DNA of 64,000 bases from Candidatus Latescibacterota bacterium (GCA_965242865.1 CBDETK010000013.1:2432001-2496000), one strand, 5' to 3'. Shown: positions 41,286 through 51,277, counted from the first letter of the stretch. The notes: generated from the letters alone by a model not told the origin. Translations and numbers: made by a program.

Positions 41286-42287
41286 TCAAAAGCCGCAGCG
41301 CTTGCAGGCGCGGAAGAAAGGCTCGGCCATGGCGTAAGCGCCGCGGAAGACCATGTCGCTGGTGAGAGGATGGACGCAGATGAGGCGCGCCCCATTGTCG
41401 ATGGCCTCGACCATGCCGTCTTCAATGTCTTGGGGGTCTTCCATGGCGCCGTGCCCGACGACGCGCCCGGTGTGGATGCCGCGCTCGGCCGCGGCCCGGA
41501 ACAGGGCGTTGACCGCGTCGTTGACTTCCGGGAGGTCGCCCTCGCGCAGGATGGCGTCAAACGGGCCGACAAAGCCACAGGTCTTGTTGCGTCCTTGGGC
41601 CGCCATCAGGTCGAGGACGCGGTCGCGGAGCTCGAGGTCCATGATGTATTCCTTGGTCTCGAACTGAATCCAGCCTTGGGTTTCGGTCTCAGTGCCGCGC
41701 AACTGGTCGGGCGTGAACATCATGGTCCGCTCGCCGTCGCGGACCGGATACCCGCCACGGTCGTCTGGCGTGGCTTGGCCGGGGACGGGGAAGTTGATGG
41801 CGCGGAAATAGCACTCGGCCTCCTCGTAGGTGGTGCCGTAAGGGCGCATCGTCGCTCGGGTGCCGAGCTGGAAGGCGTCGCCGTGTTCGGAACGGGCTTC
41901 GCGCGCGAGGCGCTGAACCGGCAAGAGGCCGTGGCGCGCGAGGACGGCGTTTTGCTCGCGGCCGTACCAGCCTTCCCACTGGCTGTGCTCGGCGTCGTTG
42001 ACGATCCACGACCAACCGGCCTTGGCCCAAGCGTGGACCTCGGCGTCGCGCAGTTTGTGCCACGGCACGTCGTTGAAGCCGCCCAGCAGGGGGGGGGTTG
42101 CGGCTACCGACGCGCCCTGATCGAGGATTTCCTTGAGCGAGTTGCGAGCGGGATTGAGGGCATACTTGTAAGCGCGGCGAGCGAACTCCTCGGCGTTGAG
42201 GGGCCGGCTGCCGCCGATGGCTGCGATGGCGTCCACGGGGTTCTCCTTGTTGGATAACTCGATGAGGTGTTTGTCGGTTGGGGTCAT
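41286..42287 (-). CDS. HpcH/HpaI aldolase/citrate lyase family protein
   Basis: WIVNDAEHS, DDRGGYP, IQFET, FVGPFD motifs. Confidence 0.8.
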   Translation of the reverse strand: MTPTDKHLIELSNKENPVDAIAAIGGSRPLNAEEFARRAYKYALNPARNSLKEILDQGASVAATPPLLGGFNDVPWHKLRDAEVHAWAKAGWSWIVNDAEHSQWEGWYGREQNAVLARHGLLPVQRLAREARSEHGDAFQLGTRATMRPYGTTYEEAECYFRAINFPVPGQATPDDRGGYPVRDGERTMMFTPDQLRGTETETQGWIQFETKEYIMDLELRDRVLDLMAAQGRNKTCGFVGPFDAILREGDLPEVNDAVNALFRAAAERGIHTGRVVGHGAMEDPQDIEDGMVEAIDNGARLICVHPLTSDMVFRGAYAMAEPFFRACKRCGF

Positions 42288-42865
42288 GGTTGCCAGCCCT
42301 GAAACGCATTGCGGAGAGCCTCCACAAAGTGCCTGAAAGACTTATCCACTCGTGCGGCGCGGTTGATATTTATCTGCTCTACAATGTCTTCCGCATATTC
42401 AATACCGCCAAGTCTAGGTATTGTTCCCGCGGCATAAATGGCCTCAATCAGCCGCTGTTTGTAGCGCCCGCGATCGCATTTCTGATCGGGTGCATCGCAG
42501 CCCTTACCGAACACAGCCTTGAAGGCCGCGCCATCGAGCAGCAGCCAACGCTCAATGTGCGGGTCGGGAATGGCAAGGATCATTGGCGCGGGGTCATCAC
42601 GGCCGACGATCTCCCGCGTACGCTCGTTCAGTCCTTTGCAATTGGCGTCGGTGGCGACGACGATCAAGTCGGGATAGGGCCTACCCTGCCGCTTCAGGTC
42701 GCGCATGTAGTAGTTAAGCTCTGTGATGACTTTGCCGTGGCCGCCGACTGCGACGCGCCAGTCTAGCCTTATAGCGGTATTGCATTCCACGGAGAGCCGC
42801 CGCACGAGAGCACCGATGATCTGCTGATGCGCGTAGTCTTCGACGAAGAGCGCGATCTCACGCAT
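42284..42865 (-). CDS. Small partner of AAA ATPase (DUF4276/RloB/TOPRIM-like)
   Basis: ATG 42865; LFVED, VATDAN, PHIERWLL, DKSFRHF; overlaps the ATPase stop. Confidence 0.7.
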   Translation of the reverse strand: MREIALFVEDYAHQQIIGALVRRLSVECNTAIRLDWRVAVGGHGKVITELNYYMRDLKRQGRPYPDLIVVATDANCKGLNERTREIVGRDDPAPMILAIPDPHIERWLLLDGAAFKAVFGKGCDAPDQKCDRGRYKQRLIEAIYAAGTIPRLGGIEYAEDIVEQININRAARVDKSFRHFVEALRNAFQGWQP

Positions 42866-44168
42866 CGAAGTCCCCTCGCAGAATGCGCTCGGATACGGGC
42901 AGGGCCTCCTGCTGCTCCGAGAGGGCCTGATCGATGCCACTGCGCCAGCCCAATGGTCCCCAAGTAGAAAACGGCTCGATTCGCGTCTTGCGGTCGGTCC
43001 GGTTCATCACGAACAGGGAGTTGTCCGAGAGCAGATCGGGCAGGATCGGCGAGTGCGTAGTGACGATGTACTGCGTCTGTTGCAGAATTCCCTGCGTTTT
43101 CAGCAGTTCCGCGATCAACTGAATCCGGCGCGGGTGAACGCCGTTTTCTGGTTCCTCGAACCCGACCAATGCCGGCGCGTCGTCAACTCCGGTTAGGGCC
43201 AGAAGCCCGAGCATCCGCAGCGTACCTTCGGAGAGTACGCGGGCCGGAATCGCCACACCGCCTTCCTTGAGGCGCAGTTCAACCTCGCCGAGATCGCTCA
43301 CTTCCACCTCAATGCCGTCGATGGTCGGCATCAGCGCGTGCAGTGCCTTTTCAACCCCCCTGAATTGCTTGGCATCGGTTGCCTTCATGGTATTGAGGAA
43401 GGCGGCGAGTTCCTCGCCCATCAAGCCGATGTGGCGCACTTCCTTTACTGGGTTGGCGGCGCGCATGCGTTCGCGCGGCTCAAAGTAGAAGAACAGCCAA
43501 CTCTCCAACTCGCGTCGCGCCGCGGCCAAGTGGGGATAGTGCGGTGGATAATGCGGCATGGAGAGAATAGTGTGATCTAGGTAACGCTCGTAATAGGTGG
43601 GGTGCGCCTGTCCTTCGTGCCGCAGGTGGATTCTTTCGCCTTGCCGCTCGAGAAAGGGCTTGCGTTTGCCGGTGGGCTCGCCCTTGCTGTTGAGGGCGGC
43701 GAGGTATTCGTCTGCCACGCGCAGGACGCCCGATCGGGGCAGCATCTCCACCTCAATGCGATAGCGGAGATCGCGTTCGCGGACGCGGGCCGGGAGCTTG
43801 CTTCTCTCTTTAGATTCGACCGCGCCGTGCGGACGACGCATTTCTAGTATCTGGCGATTGACGGACTCGACGACCGCGTCCGACAAGCTCAGATCGACCT
43901 CAATCGAGAACGACAGCCGCTCCTGTTCGAGCAGCCCCTTGATGCCTTTTTGCCCGATGGTGAAGGATTCGAGCGGCTTGCCGCGATAGGGTGGATCAAA
44001 AGCCTCTTTGAGCGTCCGGCTCGTCCCCAGCTTTGACAGCAATTGCAAAGCATCGAGCAAATTGCTCTTACCGGCGGCATTCGGGCCGAACAGGACCACG
44101 AGCTGGGACAGACGCACTTCGACGTTTTCGAGCGACTTGTATCCGCGGATATGTATGCGCTTCAGCAT
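42858..44168 (-). CDS. AAA_21/ABC-type ATPase
   Basis: IRGYKSL, GPNAAGKSN, LSEGTLR, FEEPENGVHP, TTHSP. Confidence 0.9.
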   Translation of the reverse strand: MLKRIHIRGYKSLENVEVRLSQLVVLFGPNAAGKSNLLDALQLLSKLGTSRTLKEAFDPPYRGKPLESFTIGQKGIKGLLEQERLSFSIEVDLSLSDAVVESVNRQILEMRRPHGAVESKERSKLPARVRERDLRYRIEVEMLPRSGVLRVADEYLAALNSKGEPTGKRKPFLERQGERIHLRHEGQAHPTYYERYLDHTILSMPHYPPHYPHLAAARRELESWLFFYFEPRERMRAANPVKEVRHIGLMGEELAAFLNTMKATDAKQFRGVEKALHALMPTIDGIEVEVSDLGEVELRLKEGGVAIPARVLSEGTLRMLGLLALTGVDDAPALVGFEEPENGVHPRRIQLIAELLKTQGILQQTQYIVTTHSPILPDLLSDNSLFVMNRTDRKTRIEPFSTWGPLGWRSGIDQALSEQQEALPVSERILRGDFDA

Positions 44169-44298
44169 ATTGGCGTCTCCATTACAACGACCTTTAGTCC
44201 GTTGAGTGCAGTGTTTGGAAATCGCGATTTAACGCAACCCTCCGTCGGGCAGCGGAAGAAGCGCGCTTTGCGGGACCAAGAACGGCCACTAGCACAGT

Positions 44299-44439
44299 GG
44301 ATGGGCTAGGCTCTATAAGGCCCTTCGTTTTTTGACCGCACCACCATTGAGACGATGGCCAGCCAATAGAGGTTCTGCACGATGGCGAAATAATAGACGA
44401 CCCCATAGAGCTGGTCAAACACCGCGCCCAATGCAAAAA
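44299..44439. repeat. Direct repeat copy 1 (copy 2 at 46381..46508) flanking pepM
   Basis: ggatgggctaggctc.ataaggcccttcgttttttgaccgcaccaccattgagacgatggc...gatggcgaaataatagacgaccccatagagc.ggtcaaacaccgcgcccaatgcaaaaa occurs at both sites. Confidence 0.9.
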
Positions 44440-44668
44440 CCATCAGATAGACGTCAATGCCGCTACGCAGGTAGTTGCGCAATTTTAGCGGCGATACGCG
44501 CACGAGGCGGCCCAAGCGGCCCATCAGGCCGCGGCCGGCAGATTCCGCTAGCTGCCCCTTGCCAAAGGCCGCGGCGGTCATCAGGGTGGCTATGTGGGTC
44601 ATGGCAAGCGAGACGAAGGCGACGAGCGAGTAGAGATAGGCGTATGGATCGCCGCTTTGGTGCTCCAA
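44306..44668 (-). pseudogene. C-terminal fragment of a CDP-alcohol phosphatidyltransferase
   Basis: YLRSGIDVYLMVFALGAVFDQL..VQNLYWL aligns with YIRLGFDTHLTVFAWCAMLDRL..VQNIYWL of 46646..47344; the catalytic DGxxAR motif is absent. Confidence 0.7.
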
Positions 44669-44698
44669 TTTTTCGGACGAGCTAGCGAGACACTGCGA

Positions 44699-45982
44699 TT
44701 AGTCCCGAAAGGGAATCAGGCGTAGGATCTGCTCAATGGACATGCACAGTTCTTCTGCTTCATAGGCCGATTGGTGCAAGAGAATGGACTCCGCGGTTTT
44801 GAGCATGGCTGGATAGGCACTACGCAGTAGGTGATTGGCGTAGAGGACCACCTGTACGCCGGCATCGACGAGTTGTTGCTCGGTCACCTGACTAAAGGTC
44901 GAAGGCATTACGACCAAGGGGACGCGAGAGGGCAACTTGGCGTATTCGTCGCAGAAGGAGAGGATTTCGCACGGGGTCTTTGCCCGGCTGTGGATTAGGA
45001 TTCCGTCGGCTCCGCTGCCGATGTACGTGTGCGCTCGTTCGATAGCATCGCGCACATCTTTGCCGGCGATAAGGGACTCAATGCGCGCCATGATCATAAA
45101 GTCGTCGGCTATTTGGGCTTTTTTGCCGCGCTCAATTTTGTAGGCAAAGGCGTCGGCATCCTCTTGGTGCGGTGCGGCCGTACCCTTGGGGCTCATTCTG
45201 TCTTCTACGACAATGGCCGAAACGCCGATCCGCTCCAGCGTACGCACCGCCAAGACAAAGTGCTCAACCAAGCCGCCGGAATCGCCATCGAGGATGAGCG
45301 GCTTGTTGGTGATGTCCAAAATTTCCTGCACCGTGGCCATGCGCGAGGTCAAATCGACGTATTCGGTGTCGGGCTTGCCCTTCGCTGTGGAGTCGGTGAG
45401 GCTGCCGACCCACATGGCGTCGAATTCCCGCGTTTGGCCGCCCGCTTCTACTTGCGCGTTCTCGACGATCAGCCCGGTGAGGCCGCTGTGCGCTTCGAGC
45501 GCGGTCACCAGCGGCTTGGCGGCCAGTAGTCGGCGCAACCGCTGGCGGCGGACATCGGGCGTAAAGCCCACTTCGCGGATGGCCGCGTTCAGCCGCGTCG
45601 AGGAAATGCCCGGGGTGTACGCTGGCTCGACCACTTCTCCGCCCCACTCTTTGAGCACCTCGATGACGCGCTGGCGCGCCTCCCGCAGGACGCCGGTGCG
45701 CCAATCGTCGCCGTGGACGAAGTAGTCCGGCCTCAAGCGGCGCAGGTTGGGCTCGTAGTCGAGCGTCGTCTGGGGCACTACCGCGCTTATGCCCTTGATG
45801 TTTTCGACGATAGCCTTGCGCTGCTCGTAGTTCAGATAGGGCAGGCGCTTGTAGCTGACGATGGCCTCGTCGGTCATCAGGCCAATGGTGACTTCTCCCA
45901 ATTCTCGTGCAATGCGGATGATGTTTAGATGCCCTTGGTGGAGCAAATCCGCGCACATAGGTACATAGACTTTAGGACTCAT
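44699..45982 (-). CDS. pepM: Cytidylyltransferase-phosphoenolpyruvate mutase fusion (PepM/AepX-like) with atypical active-site loop
   Basis: HQGH, VHGDDW, GISST; [50 protein letters not shown]. Confidence 0.85.
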   Translation of the reverse strand: MSPKVYVPMCADLLHQGHLNIIRIARELGEVTIGLMTDEAIVSYKRLPYLNYEQRKAIVENIKGISAVVPQTTLDYEPNLRRLRPDYFVHGDDWRTGVLREARQRVIEVLKEWGGEVVEPAYTPGISSTRLNAAIREVGFTPDVRRQRLRRLLAAKPLVTALEAHSGLTGLIVENAQVEAGGQTREFDAMWVGSLTDSTAKGKPDTEYVDLTSRMATVQEILDITNKPLILDGDSGGLVEHFVLAVRTLERIGVSAIVVEDRMSPKGTAAPHQEDADAFAYKIERGKKAQIADDFMIMARIESLIAGKDVRDAIERAHTYIGSGADGILIHSRAKTPCEILSFCDEYAKLPSRVPLVVMPSTFSQVTEQQLVDAGVQVVLYANHLLRSAYPAMLKTAESILLHQSAYEAEELCMSIEQILRLIPFRD

Positions 45983-46231
45983 CGCATAGACCTAAATTCG
46001 GCGGTCCGGCCCCGAGAAGCACTTGGGCCTCCCCTTTATACCGTTGGAGTCCTCGAGCAACCGCGCATACCACGCCCATGCGGATGCGGGAATCCCAAGC
46101 ATCCGGCCCTGCGGCCATAGAGCCGTACAGACCGCTGCCCATCCGGCCGCGAATAAATCGCCGCGCATCAGCGAAGCGATCATCCAGCCTTTGAGTGGAG
46201 CGAAAAGACCGGAGTCTAACGGAGAAAAAGT

Positions 46232-46269
46232 GGGGGGGGGGGATAACTTATTGTTTTTCAATGAGTTAT
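46232..46269. repeat. G11 homopolymer adjoining the near-perfect palindrome ATAACTTATTG-TTTTT-CAATGAGTTAT
   Basis: Read directly; the arms match at 10 of 11 positions. Confidence 0.85.
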
Positions 46270-46380
46270 GTAACATGCTGAAAATAACATCTTGGCACTG
46301 GAAGTACGAGGGGGTCGGCGCGACACGCGGCAACGGCATCGCCAATGTGGGGTGGTTTCTCATCTTTTGATCCGTCCGAC

Positions 46381-46508
46381 GGATGGGCTAGGCTCCATAA
46401 GGCCCTTCGTTTTTTGACCGCACCACCATTGAGACGATGGCCAGTGCGCGATGGCGAAATAATAGACGACCCCATAGAGCGGGTCAAACACCGCGCCCAA
46501 TGCAAAAA
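46381..46508. repeat. Direct repeat copy 2 (shorter, internal deletion)
   Basis: See 44299..44439. Confidence 0.9.
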
Positions 46509-46645
46509 TGATCAAATCCTGTTCGACCGTCTATTCCCTTGGGCTTGGGGTATGGTTGGGTTTGAAAGGATGGACCGGGTACACTTACTTAATGGAGTTG
46601 CCCTTTCCTTGCTTTTTCCCACTTGGCACCACCCTATAAATCAAT

Positions 46646-47344
46646 ATGCCATCGGCCTCCTTTCGAGAAATTCGCGCCGCTCAGTCCGAGGGGGTTGGTC
46701 TGATCTCCGTCTTGGTGTACCGAAATCTGTCCCTGCCTCTCACCAAATTGTTCCTGATTCTAGGGGTGTCCCCCAACGCCATCTCTTGGATCAGTTTCTC
46801 TTGCCTGCTGGCCGGCGCCGGCCTGATCGCTACGGCCCATTGGCCCTCCATGCTGGCGGCCGGACTGCTGATCCAGCTAGCCTGTGCCCTTGATGGTAGC
46901 GACGGAGCAGTGGCGCGGCTGACCGGCCTTTCTTCCCCGAAGGGGGCTTGGCTGGACGCGGCCTTAGACCGAATTGGCGAAGCCGCCCTGTTTGCCGGCC
47001 TAGGATTGGGCCTCTATAATCAACTTGGCTCTCCGCTAGCCGGTCTGTATGCCGGCGGAGCGTTCGCCGCGCTATTCGTCACGCACACATTGACCCTACT
47101 TACCGCTCAGATATACGGCAAAGGCACGGTGAAAGAAGAGCTAGACAGTAAATCGCTGGCTTGGTGCAGCAAGTACGGCATTCCGCCCTCCTACATCCGC
47201 TTGGGATTTGACACTCATCTGACCGTCTTTGCTTGGTGCGCCATGCTCGACCGGCTGATGTGGATCGTCATTTTCTTTTGGACGGTGCAAAACATCTACT
47301 GGCTCATCCTGTTTGTCATGGTCATGCGCCAGCCTTCCCGCTAG
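46646..47344 (+). CDS. CDP-alcohol phosphatidyltransferase family protein
   Basis: SPNAIS; DGSDGAVARLTGLSSPKGAWLDAALDR signature. Confidence 0.92.
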   Translation: MPSASFREIRAAQSEGVGLISVLVYRNLSLPLTKLFLILGVSPNAISWISFSCLLAGAGLIATAHWPSMLAAGLLIQLACALDGSDGAVARLTGLSSPKGAWLDAALDRIGEAALFAGLGLGLYNQLGSPLAGLYAGGAFAALFVTHTLTLLTAQIYGKGTVKEELDSKSLAWCSKYGIPPSYIRLGFDTHLTVFAWCAMLDRLMWIVIFFWTVQNIYWLILFVMVMRQPSR

Positions 47345-47385
47345 ACCACAGCAAAATTCAATTGGGAATTGCGAATTAAGGGCAC

Positions 47386-49329
47386 ATGCACAAGGAGCGA
47401 ACCGGCTTGGAGGTGACGCGGCGCGCCCTGGTACTGGGTGCGGGGGCGGCCCTCTTTTTGAATCTGGCCTGTCCCTATACAGTACTCGTCCTGCAAAACG
47501 CCGGCTTGACCTCGGATTACCTCGCGGCCGGCGCGATGATGGTCTTCCTGCTGCTCGTGGGCTTGGTCAACCCCTTCCTCAAGGTGGTGTGCAAGTCGCG
47601 GGCCTTGCGCACGAGCGAGTTGGTGGTCGTGTACGCCATGATGGTCGTGGCGTCGGCGATTCCCACGTGGGGATTGGTGACCAATCTGTGCCACATCCTC
47701 ACCCGCCCCTTTTACTACGCCACCCCAGAAAACCGCTGGGCCGAGCTGATTCAACCGCTCATTCCCGCTTGGCTGGCGCCGCACGAAGCCGAGGTGGCGC
47801 GCTTTTTTTACGAAGGGCTGCCCGAGGGGATGGGCATCCCGTGGGGAGCTTGGCTGGTGCCGCTGGCGGCGTGGGGCAGCGCGATGGTGGCCATCTACTT
47901 ACTGATGATCGCGACTATGGTCGTCTTCCGGCGGCCTTGGGTCGAACAGGAGCGGCTGGTGTTCCCATTGGCGCAGGTGCCCTTGGAGATGCTGCGCGGC
48001 AACGACGAGGGCGTTTTTCCGCCGTTGTTTCGCAACCCGCTGATGTGGGTCGGGTTTTCGCTGCCCTTTGCCATCCAACTGCTGGACGGGCTAAACCACT
48101 ACTTCTTTTACGTGCCCGAGGTGCGGCTGGTGTTTGACCCGCTGACGCTGTTCCGCGATAGCGTGCGGCTGCACATCTTCGTCAACTTCGCGATCATTGG
48201 CGTGGCGTACTTCCTCAATCTCAACGTGGCGTTCTCGGTGTGGTTTTTCCACTTGTTGAGCCGTTGCCAGACCGGGGTTTTCAGCGTCGTCGGCTTTCAG
48301 GTCAAAGGGCACAACGAGGCCCTCACTGGGTCTTCGGTCGCCCTGTCGCACCAAGGGATGGGGGCGATGCTGGTGTTGGTCGCGGCGATCCTGTGGACAG
48401 CGCGGGGCCACTTGCGCCAAGTGTTCCGCGCGGCGTTCAGGCGCGGGGCACCGGCCGACGATGGCGACGAGATTCTCTCCTATCGGGCGGCCGTGTGGCT
48501 GTGGATCGCCTGTGCGGCTTACTTCCTCGGCTGGCTGGTGTTGAGCGGGGTGCCGGTGGTCGCGGCCGTGGTGTTTTTCTGCGGAGCGTTTGCCATTTTC
48601 TTGGCCATTGCGCGGGTCATTGCCCAAGGCGGCGTGGGATTTACCTCTTCGACCATGCTGCCGCAGCCCTTTGCGGTCTATACCTTGGGTACGGACGCCA
48701 TTGGATGGAAGGGGCTGGCGTCGATTAGCCTGAGCTATTCTTGGGCCGCTGAAATGCGCACCACGGTCATGGCTTCCACCGCCAACGCGCTCAAGCTGGC
48801 GCACGGGCACGGAGCGCAGCACCGACGCCTGTTTTGGGGGTTGGTCATCGCGGTTGTCGTCGGCATGATGGGCGCCTTCTGGATTACCCTCTATTTGAAC
48901 TACACGCACGGCGGGATCAACCTGCGCCAGTTCGGGGTGCCGACGCTGGCCTATCGCTTCTTGGAGGACAAAATCCTCAATCCCGTCGGCTGGGATCACA
49001 TCCGGCCACGGCTGCTGTTTACGGGCGTGGGCGCGGCCTTGATGGGCGCGCTGATTTACATGCAGCACCACTTCGCGTGGTGGCCGCTACACTACATCGG
49101 CCTGCCGGTGAGCGACAGTTGGGTCATGGGCGTGGCGTGGTTTTCGGTGTTCTTGGGCTGGTTGTGCAAGGCCGTGATATTCAAATTTGCGGGTACGCGC
49201 GGCTACCGCATGTACAAGCCGCTCTTCGCCGGGCTGATCGCCGGGCAGCTCATGGGGGCGGCCGCGTGGATGGCGATCGACTTTTGCCTCGGAGAGGTGG
49301 GAAATGTGGTGTACGTAGGGGTGCGGTGA
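47386..49329 (+). CDS. DUF6785/DUF6784-type polytopic membrane protein (putative peptide transporter)
   Basis: ELVVVYAMM, YYATPENRW, WVEQERLVFPLAQVP, WWPLHYIG, PLFAGLIAG; many TM helices. Confidence 0.75.
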   Translation: MHKERTGLEVTRRALVLGAGAALFLNLACPYTVLVLQNAGLTSDYLAAGAMMVFLLLVGLVNPFLKVVCKSRALRTSELVVVYAMMVVASAIPTWGLVTNLCHILTRPFYYATPENRWAELIQPLIPAWLAPHEAEVARFFYEGLPEGMGIPWGAWLVPLAAWGSAMVAIYLLMIATMVVFRRPWVEQERLVFPLAQVPLEMLRGNDEGVFPPLFRNPLMWVGFSLPFAIQLLDGLNHYFFYVPEVRLVFDPLTLFRDSVRLHIFVNFAIIGVAYFLNLNVAFSVWFFHLLSRCQTGVFSVVGFQVKGHNEALTGSSVALSHQGMGAMLVLVAAILWTARGHLRQVFRAAFRRGAPADDGDEILSYRAAVWLWIACAAYFLGWLVLSGVPVVAAVVFFCGAFAIFLAIARVIAQGGVGFTSSTMLPQPFAVYTLGTDAIGWKGLASISLSYSWAAEMRTTVMASTANALKLAHGHGAQHRRLFWGLVIAVVVGMMGAFWITLYLNYTHGGINLRQFGVPTLAYRFLEDKILNPVGWDHIRPRLLFTGVGAALMGALIYMQHHFAWWPLHYIGLPVSDSWVMGVAWFSVFLGWLCKAVIFKFAGTRGYRMYKPLFAGLIAGQLMGAAAWMAIDFCLGEVGNVVYVGVR

Positions 49330-49341
49330 AGAGCGGGCGGC

Positions 49342-50019
49342 TCAGACGATTTGGATGCCCCATTCGGCACACCGCGCTTTTACGGTATGGGCCGGTTCCA
49401 AGCTGATGAGGACGCCCTCGACCGCTTTGTCGGGATGCTGCCGCCGCACCAACGCCACCTTGTCGGCAAACCGATCTATCTCTTCGACCTTACAGGCGGC
49501 CGACTTGACCTCAAAGACCAATAGGGAGCTGTTGTCGATCAGAATATCGACCTCATAGGTTCGTCCGGCCGGGCCCACTACCCCCTCCCCATCCGCCAGC
49601 TTCTGCCGCAGTCGCACGTTGTCTGCGGACACGTCTTGCCGCTTCAGGCCAAAGCGCAACACCTCGGCGACCATGTTTTCGAGCTTCCTTCCCGCCCGCC
49701 GCTGGAACCCCCCGACCGTCAAATCGACCTTGGCGTCTGTATAGGCTAGCTGCTGGCGCATCTGTTCAAAACGCTCATCGATCTGTTCAAAGCGCTCGTC
49801 GATTTTTTCAAAGCGCTCGTTGACCTCCGAGCGGAACTGGTTAAACTCGCCGCGGAAGGCATGCAACTCAGCAAGCACGGCCGCCACTTCTTTTTTGGTG
49901 GCAAACGTTTCGATGAACGCCGTATAGATGCGAGGCTCTAGCTCGGGATGCCGTTTGAGCAGGGCCGGCAGTTGCGTTTCAAACGTCTCCAGTAATTCTT
50001 CATCGGTTAACAGTACCAT
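49342..50019 (-). CDS. Coiled-coil plus PD-(D/E)XK nuclease-like protein (DUF3782-like)
   Basis: ERFEKID/ERFEQID/ERFEQMR heptads; YEVDIL...VFEVKS. Confidence 0.7.
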   Translation of the reverse strand: MVLLTDEELLETFETQLPALLKRHPELEPRIYTAFIETFATKKEVAAVLAELHAFRGEFNQFRSEVNERFEKIDERFEQIDERFEQMRQQLAYTDAKVDLTVGGFQRRAGRKLENMVAEVLRFGLKRQDVSADNVRLRQKLADGEGVVGPAGRTYEVDILIDNSSLLVFEVKSAACKVEEIDRFADKVALVRRQHPDKAVEGVLISLEPAHTVKARCAEWGIQIV

Positions 50020-50144
50020 TGCTTCCTCCTCGTCAATACATATACATACAACGTTGAGTATAACCTTAGCAACCGAGTGCAGACAATTGACGCACCGAGC
50101 TGAATGGTTCTATATCGTAGGAACTCAACTGAAAGGAGCGCAGC

Positions 50145-51251
50145 ATGAGCGACGAGAAGATGTACAGAGCAGCTGCCATTGGCCGCACGGGCCGGGGCAA
50201 TTGGGGACACGGGTTGCACTGGGGCTTGAAGAACCACCCGCGCGTCGAGGTGGTAGCCATCGCCGACGAGGACGCCGAGGAACGGCAGGCCAAGCAAGCG
50301 GAATTGGCCGCTCCCCGTGCGTACGCGGACTGGCGCGCAATGCTAGCGGCCGAGCAGCCAGAGATCGTGACGGTTGGGCCGCGCTGGACCGATTGTCACT
50401 TGGAGATGGTGCTGGCCTGTTTGGAGGCAGGGGCGCACGTGTACTGCGAAAAGCCCATGACTTGGAACTTGGCTGACGGCGACCTGATTGTGGCCAAGGC
50501 CGCGGCGACCGGGCGGAAGGTCGCCGTGGCGCATCAGGGAGCGTACCTGCCGAGAATCCAGCACGTCCAGGAGGTGTTGGCGCAGGGGCGGATCGGCGCG
50601 GTACAGGCCATTCGCGCCCACGGCAAACAGGACCGGCGCGGCGGGGGCGAGGACATGATCGTGTTGGGGACGCACTTGTTCAATATGATGCGCCTGTTTG
50701 CCGGCGATGTGGCATGGATGACGGCGCACATCGCGCACCAAGGCCGGCTGCTAACGGTCAAAGACGTGCGCGAGGCAACCGAGCCGGTGGGACCGATCGC
50801 GGGCGATTGCATCCACAGCTACTTTGCCTTCGAGAGCGGGGTGGCAGGCTTTTTTGACTCGCGGAAAGACGCCGGGGGCGGGGGCCAGCGGATGGGCTTG
50901 GAGATCGAGGGCAGCGAAGGGGTGATCGCGTTGCGCGGCGGCGGCAGTGGCGCGGCCATGCTCTATCCGCATCCGGTGTTTGATCCAGCCAATGCGAACC
51001 AGCAGTGGGTCGCCTTAGACGAGGTGGCGGACGAATCCCTGAGCACGGGCAACGACTTGGCGGTCGCCGATTTGATCGACGCGGCCGAAGCCGACCGCGA
51101 GCCCCTGTCGAGTGCGCGCGACGCGGTGGCGGCCTTGGAGATGATCTTGGGGGCGTACGAAGCGGAGATCACCGGGGGGCGGGTGGAATTTCCCATGCAG
51201 CGGCGAGAGCATCCGTTGGTGGCTTGGCGGGAGGGACGAGGGCTTGATTGA
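50145..51251 (+). CDS. Gfo/Idh/MocA family oxidoreductase
   Basis: AAIGRTG, HVYCEKPM, GTHLFN. Confidence 0.92.
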   Translation: MSDEKMYRAAAIGRTGRGNWGHGLHWGLKNHPRVEVVAIADEDAEERQAKQAELAAPRAYADWRAMLAAEQPEIVTVGPRWTDCHLEMVLACLEAGAHVYCEKPMTWNLADGDLIVAKAAATGRKVAVAHQGAYLPRIQHVQEVLAQGRIGAVQAIRAHGKQDRRGGGEDMIVLGTHLFNMMRLFAGDVAWMTAHIAHQGRLLTVKDVREATEPVGPIAGDCIHSYFAFESGVAGFFDSRKDAGGGGQRMGLEIEGSEGVIALRGGGSGAAMLYPHPVFDPANANQQWVALDEVADESLSTGNDLAVADLIDAAEADREPLSSARDAVAALEMILGAYEAEITGGRVEFPMQRREHPLVAWREGRGLD

Positions 51252-51277
51252 CAGGTTGGCCTGAAATTCTTTATGGT
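51248..51277 (+). promoter_or_regulatory. Possible sigma70-type promoter for the TonB receptor operon
   Basis: TTGACA (51248) - 18 bp - TATGGT. Confidence 0.4.

Noticed and set aside
45992-46363. 123-aa minus-strand ORF spanning the C11 tract upstream of pepM
   Set aside because: No recognisable family, and an alternative frame is also open past the tract, so it cannot be called a gene.
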